NCBI GenBank assembly: GCA_029564175.1
Contig: JAKQQL010000421.1
Coordinates: 1-19,832 of the forward strand
DNA from: Candidatus Cloacimonadota bacterium
GTDB taxonomy: Bacteria > Cloacimonadota > Cloacimonadia > Cloacimonadales > WRIO01
Direction of reading: 5' to 3'
DNA length: 19,832 bases
Positions 17,891 through 19,832 of this stretch are shown here, in pieces (the first letter of the stretch is position 1; each line of letters starts with the position of its first letter). Below the pieces are notes generated by a model, which saw nothing but the letters and a program-made list of their open reading frames with translations, had not been told where the DNA came from and ran no database searches. Made by a program: the position numbers and the translations under genes.

Positions 17891-18069
17891 TTCCCCTTCT
17901 GTGGAGAGCCTGTGCAAAAACCTAAATTCCGTAGGAATTGCCGAGTGGTAGTCAGATGCGGAAGCGTCTGGTATAGAGTGTGTTACAAAACAAGCGCCAT
18001 AGGTGCGACCGAATAAAACCTGCCTTTTTGCACAGACTCTGGAGGGGTGGCACGAAGCGACGGGGTGGT
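17891..18069 (+). repeat. GC-rich palindromic element interrupted by the MITE
   Basis: Removing 17906-18043 gives TTCCCCTTCTGTGGAGGGGTGGCACGAAGCGACGGGGTGGT, with a restored CCCCTTC-TGT-GGAGGGG hairpin. Confidence 0.65.
17906..18039. mobile_element. 134-bp non-autonomous miniature inverted-repeat transposable element (MITE) with IS1182/IS5-like ends
   Basis: Left end GAGCCTGTGCAAAAA (17906-17920) and right end TTTTTGCACAGACTC (18025-18039) are 14/15 inverted repeats. Direct repeat TGGA lies immediately outside both ends (17902-17905, 18040-18043). No transposase. Confidence 0.8.
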
Positions 18070-18111
18070 ATAATCCGTACATCCGAAACATCCCGTTTGT
18101 AAAAGATGATA

Positions 18112-18188
18112 TGTAGAACGACCATCCAGGTCGTTTACGTGAGGGTAAATCCGGCGTTGTCGTCAACGGGCAGGATGCCCGTTTTACA
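18112..18188. repeat. Inverted doublet of REP-like palindromes (REPIN-like)
   Basis: 18112-18135(+) TGTAG-AACGACCA-TCC-AGGTCGTT and 18165-18188(-) TGTAA-AACGGGCA-TCC-TGCCCGTT, separated by a 29-nt spacer. Confidence 0.8.
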
Positions 18189-18338
18189 AACTTGCTGAAC
18201 GTTTGTGGATTTACGGTGCTTCGCTTCGTATGTGCCTACAAACCAATGATACCTTTTTCCTGATTAATATATATTTTAAAAGTCCTTTTCAGAATAGACA
18301 GTGAAATTCAAAACCCTTATTTCTCTGTCAATTCCTGC

Positions 18339-18367
18339 TTGACAATAATCTAAGTGTTTGCAACAAT
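18339..18367 (+). promoter_or_regulatory. Putative sigma70-type promoter for the AAA-ATPase-like gene
   Basis: TTGACA (18339-18344), 17-nt spacer, TGn-extended AACAAT (18362-18367), followed by TAAGGAG RBS and ATG 18384. Confidence 0.55.
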
Positions 18368-18383
18368 GACATAAGGAGAGATT

Positions 18384-19832
18384 ATGGATAAAATAAAGAG
18401 AATACCTTATGGTAAATCAGACTTTGAAACTGTAAACAAACAGAATGACTATTATGTTGATAAAACCATGTTTATACCCCTTATCGAAGCGACTCCCTTT
18501 ATCTTTCTCATCAGACCCCGCCGATTTGGAAAATCTCTTTTTTTAAGCACCTTGCAATCATATTATGATATCAAAAAGAAAGAGCGTTTTGAAGAGTTTT
18601 ACAAAGGTACCTGGATATTGCAAAACCCAACTGAGGAAAGATCCAAATATTTGGTTATGTATTTTAACTTTTCAGCAATACTGAAAGATAAAGATAAAGT
18701 ACAAGATGATTTTAACAACTACTGTTTGATTGTATTGGATAAATTTATTTTCAAATACAGAGATTATCTTCCACAAAGACTTCACGATAAAATTGCATTA
18801 GTGAATACTGCTCATGAAAAATTACATGTCATAGCCACTGAACTATCAGAAGCGGATTATAAAATTTATCTTTTAATTGATGAATACGATAATTTTACCA
18901 ACACCCTTCTCACTGATTTTGGTGAAGGAGAATATAAAAGAATCACCAGACAGGCAGGTTATTTCAAGCAGTTTTTTACCAATCTGAAACTACTGACTTC
19001 AGGCTCAGGCTCCGGGCTTGCCAGACTATTTATTACCGGAGTCTCTCCGGTTACCATGGACGATGTCACCAGCGGATTTAATCTGGGGGACAATATTTCC
19101 ATATCTCCTGCATTTAATACCATCTTGGGTTTTACTGAAGCAGATGTGAATGCTATTCTGGATTATTACGCCTCAGTTGGTGTTCTTCAGGTTGACAAAG
19201 AAGAAGCTTTACAAACTATGAGAAAATGGTATAACAATTACCAGTTTTCTGAAGCGTGTGAAAGCCCTGTTTACAATACAGATGCGATCCTCTACTTTGT
19301 TAAAGAAGCGATCAGAGATAAGAAAATACCCTCACAGCTTATTGATGACAACCTCCGGATGGATTATGGAAAGCTACAATATCTCATCATCCAGGATAAA
19401 GCTTTGAATGGCAATTTCAAACGCCTGACAGAAATTATCAACAACGGTGGAATCCCCTCTGAGATTAAGAAAAGCTTACCTTTTGACCAGATAACCCAGC
19501 AGGACAACTTTATCTCTCTCTTGTATTTTTTTGGTTTGCTCAGTTTTTCAGGCAACTATGTTGAAGGCTTGCCATTTCTGCATATCCCCAATGAAACCAT
19601 CAAGCAAATGGTGTTTGAATATATCAGGCGTTCTTTTGAAAATGCCTATGGTTTCTCGGTTCAGATGTATGAGTTATTGCTTTTAGTCAGAAAAATGGCA
19701 TATCGCGGTGAGTTTAAAGAGGCTTTTGAGTTTATTGAAAATGAGATCAAAAAGCAAAGTTCACTCAGGGATTTTATCGATGGAGAGACCTTTGTAAAAG
19801 CCTTTTATCTGTCTTTCTTAAACATCTATGAC
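18384..19832 (+). CDS. AAA-ATPase-like domain protein (PF09820 type, usually fused to a C-terminal PD-(D/E)XK nuclease); 3'-truncated by window
   Basis: Absent from the ORF track (no stop in window). Manual translation: MDKIKRIPYGKSDFE...YYVDKTMFI...FLIRPRRFGKSLFLSTL...LIDEYDNF...FITGVSPVTMDDVTSGFN...WYNNYQF...VYNTDAILYF...FLNIYD. Spans 483 codons to the window end; strong TAAGGAG RBS. Confidence 0.92.
   Translation, partial: MDKIKRIPYGKSDFETVNKQNDYYVDKTMFIPLIEATPFIFLIRPRRFGKSLFLSTLQSYYDIKKKERFEEFYKGTWILQNPTEERSKYLVMYFNFSAILKDKDKVQDDFNNYCLIVLDKFIFKYRDYLPQRLHDKIALVNTAHEKLHVIATELSEADYKIYLLIDEYDNFTNTLLTDFGEGEYKRITRQAGYFKQFFTNLKLLTSGSGSGLARLFITGVSPVTMDDVTSGFNLGDNISISPAFNTILGFTEADVNAILDYYASVGVLQVDKEEALQTMRKWYNNYQFSEACESPVYNTDAILYFVKEAIRDKKIPSQLIDDNLRMDYGKLQYLIIQDKALNGNFKRLTEIINNGGIPSEIKKSLPFDQITQQDNFISLLYFFGLLSFSGNYVEGLPFLHIPNETIKQMVFEYIRRSFENAYGFSVQMYELLLLVRKMAYRGEFKEAFEFIENEIKKQSSLRDFIDGETFVKAFYLSFLNIYD

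Noticed and set aside
17930..18010. tRNA-like sequence (GCCGAGTGGT resembles a D-loop)
   Set aside because: No TTC T-loop, acceptor stem or anticodon arm; lies inside the MITE.
17861..18166. Minus-strand 101-aa ORF
   Set aside because: Crosses MITE and REP boundaries, no transposase or other motif; explained by stop-codon scarcity in GC-richer repeat DNA.
19364..19555. Minus-strand 63-aa ORF
   Set aside because: Antisense to the AAA-ATPase-like gene.

Overview
AT-rich bacterial window with all real genes on the + strand. The FlgD-Ig/'Por secretion tail'-type C-termini suggest an FCB-associated lineage such as Cloacimonadota (inference). In order: two tandem paralogous secreted gingipain-type (C25) proteins, the first truncated by the window edge and the second retaining Arg-gingipain catalytic, S1 and propeptide motifs; a terminator; a membrane-anchored TPR sensor with a HisKA H-box but no ATPase domain; sbcD-sbcC; an AraC regulator; a small membrane protein; a DrrA/DrrB/DrrC-like triad (ABC ATPase, ABC-2 permease, class II UvrA); and an AAA-ATPase-like (PF09820-type) gene that runs off the right edge and is missing from the ORF track. 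The most unusual non-coding signals are (i) a 134-bp MITE with 15-bp terminal inverted repeats and a TGGA target duplication, inserted into a palindromic element and itself carrying hairpins, and (ii) a dispersed family of ~24-nt TGTA-capped REP-like hairpins with co-varying stems, arranged as inverted doublets. No rRNA, tRNA, CRISPR array or transposase gene was seen.
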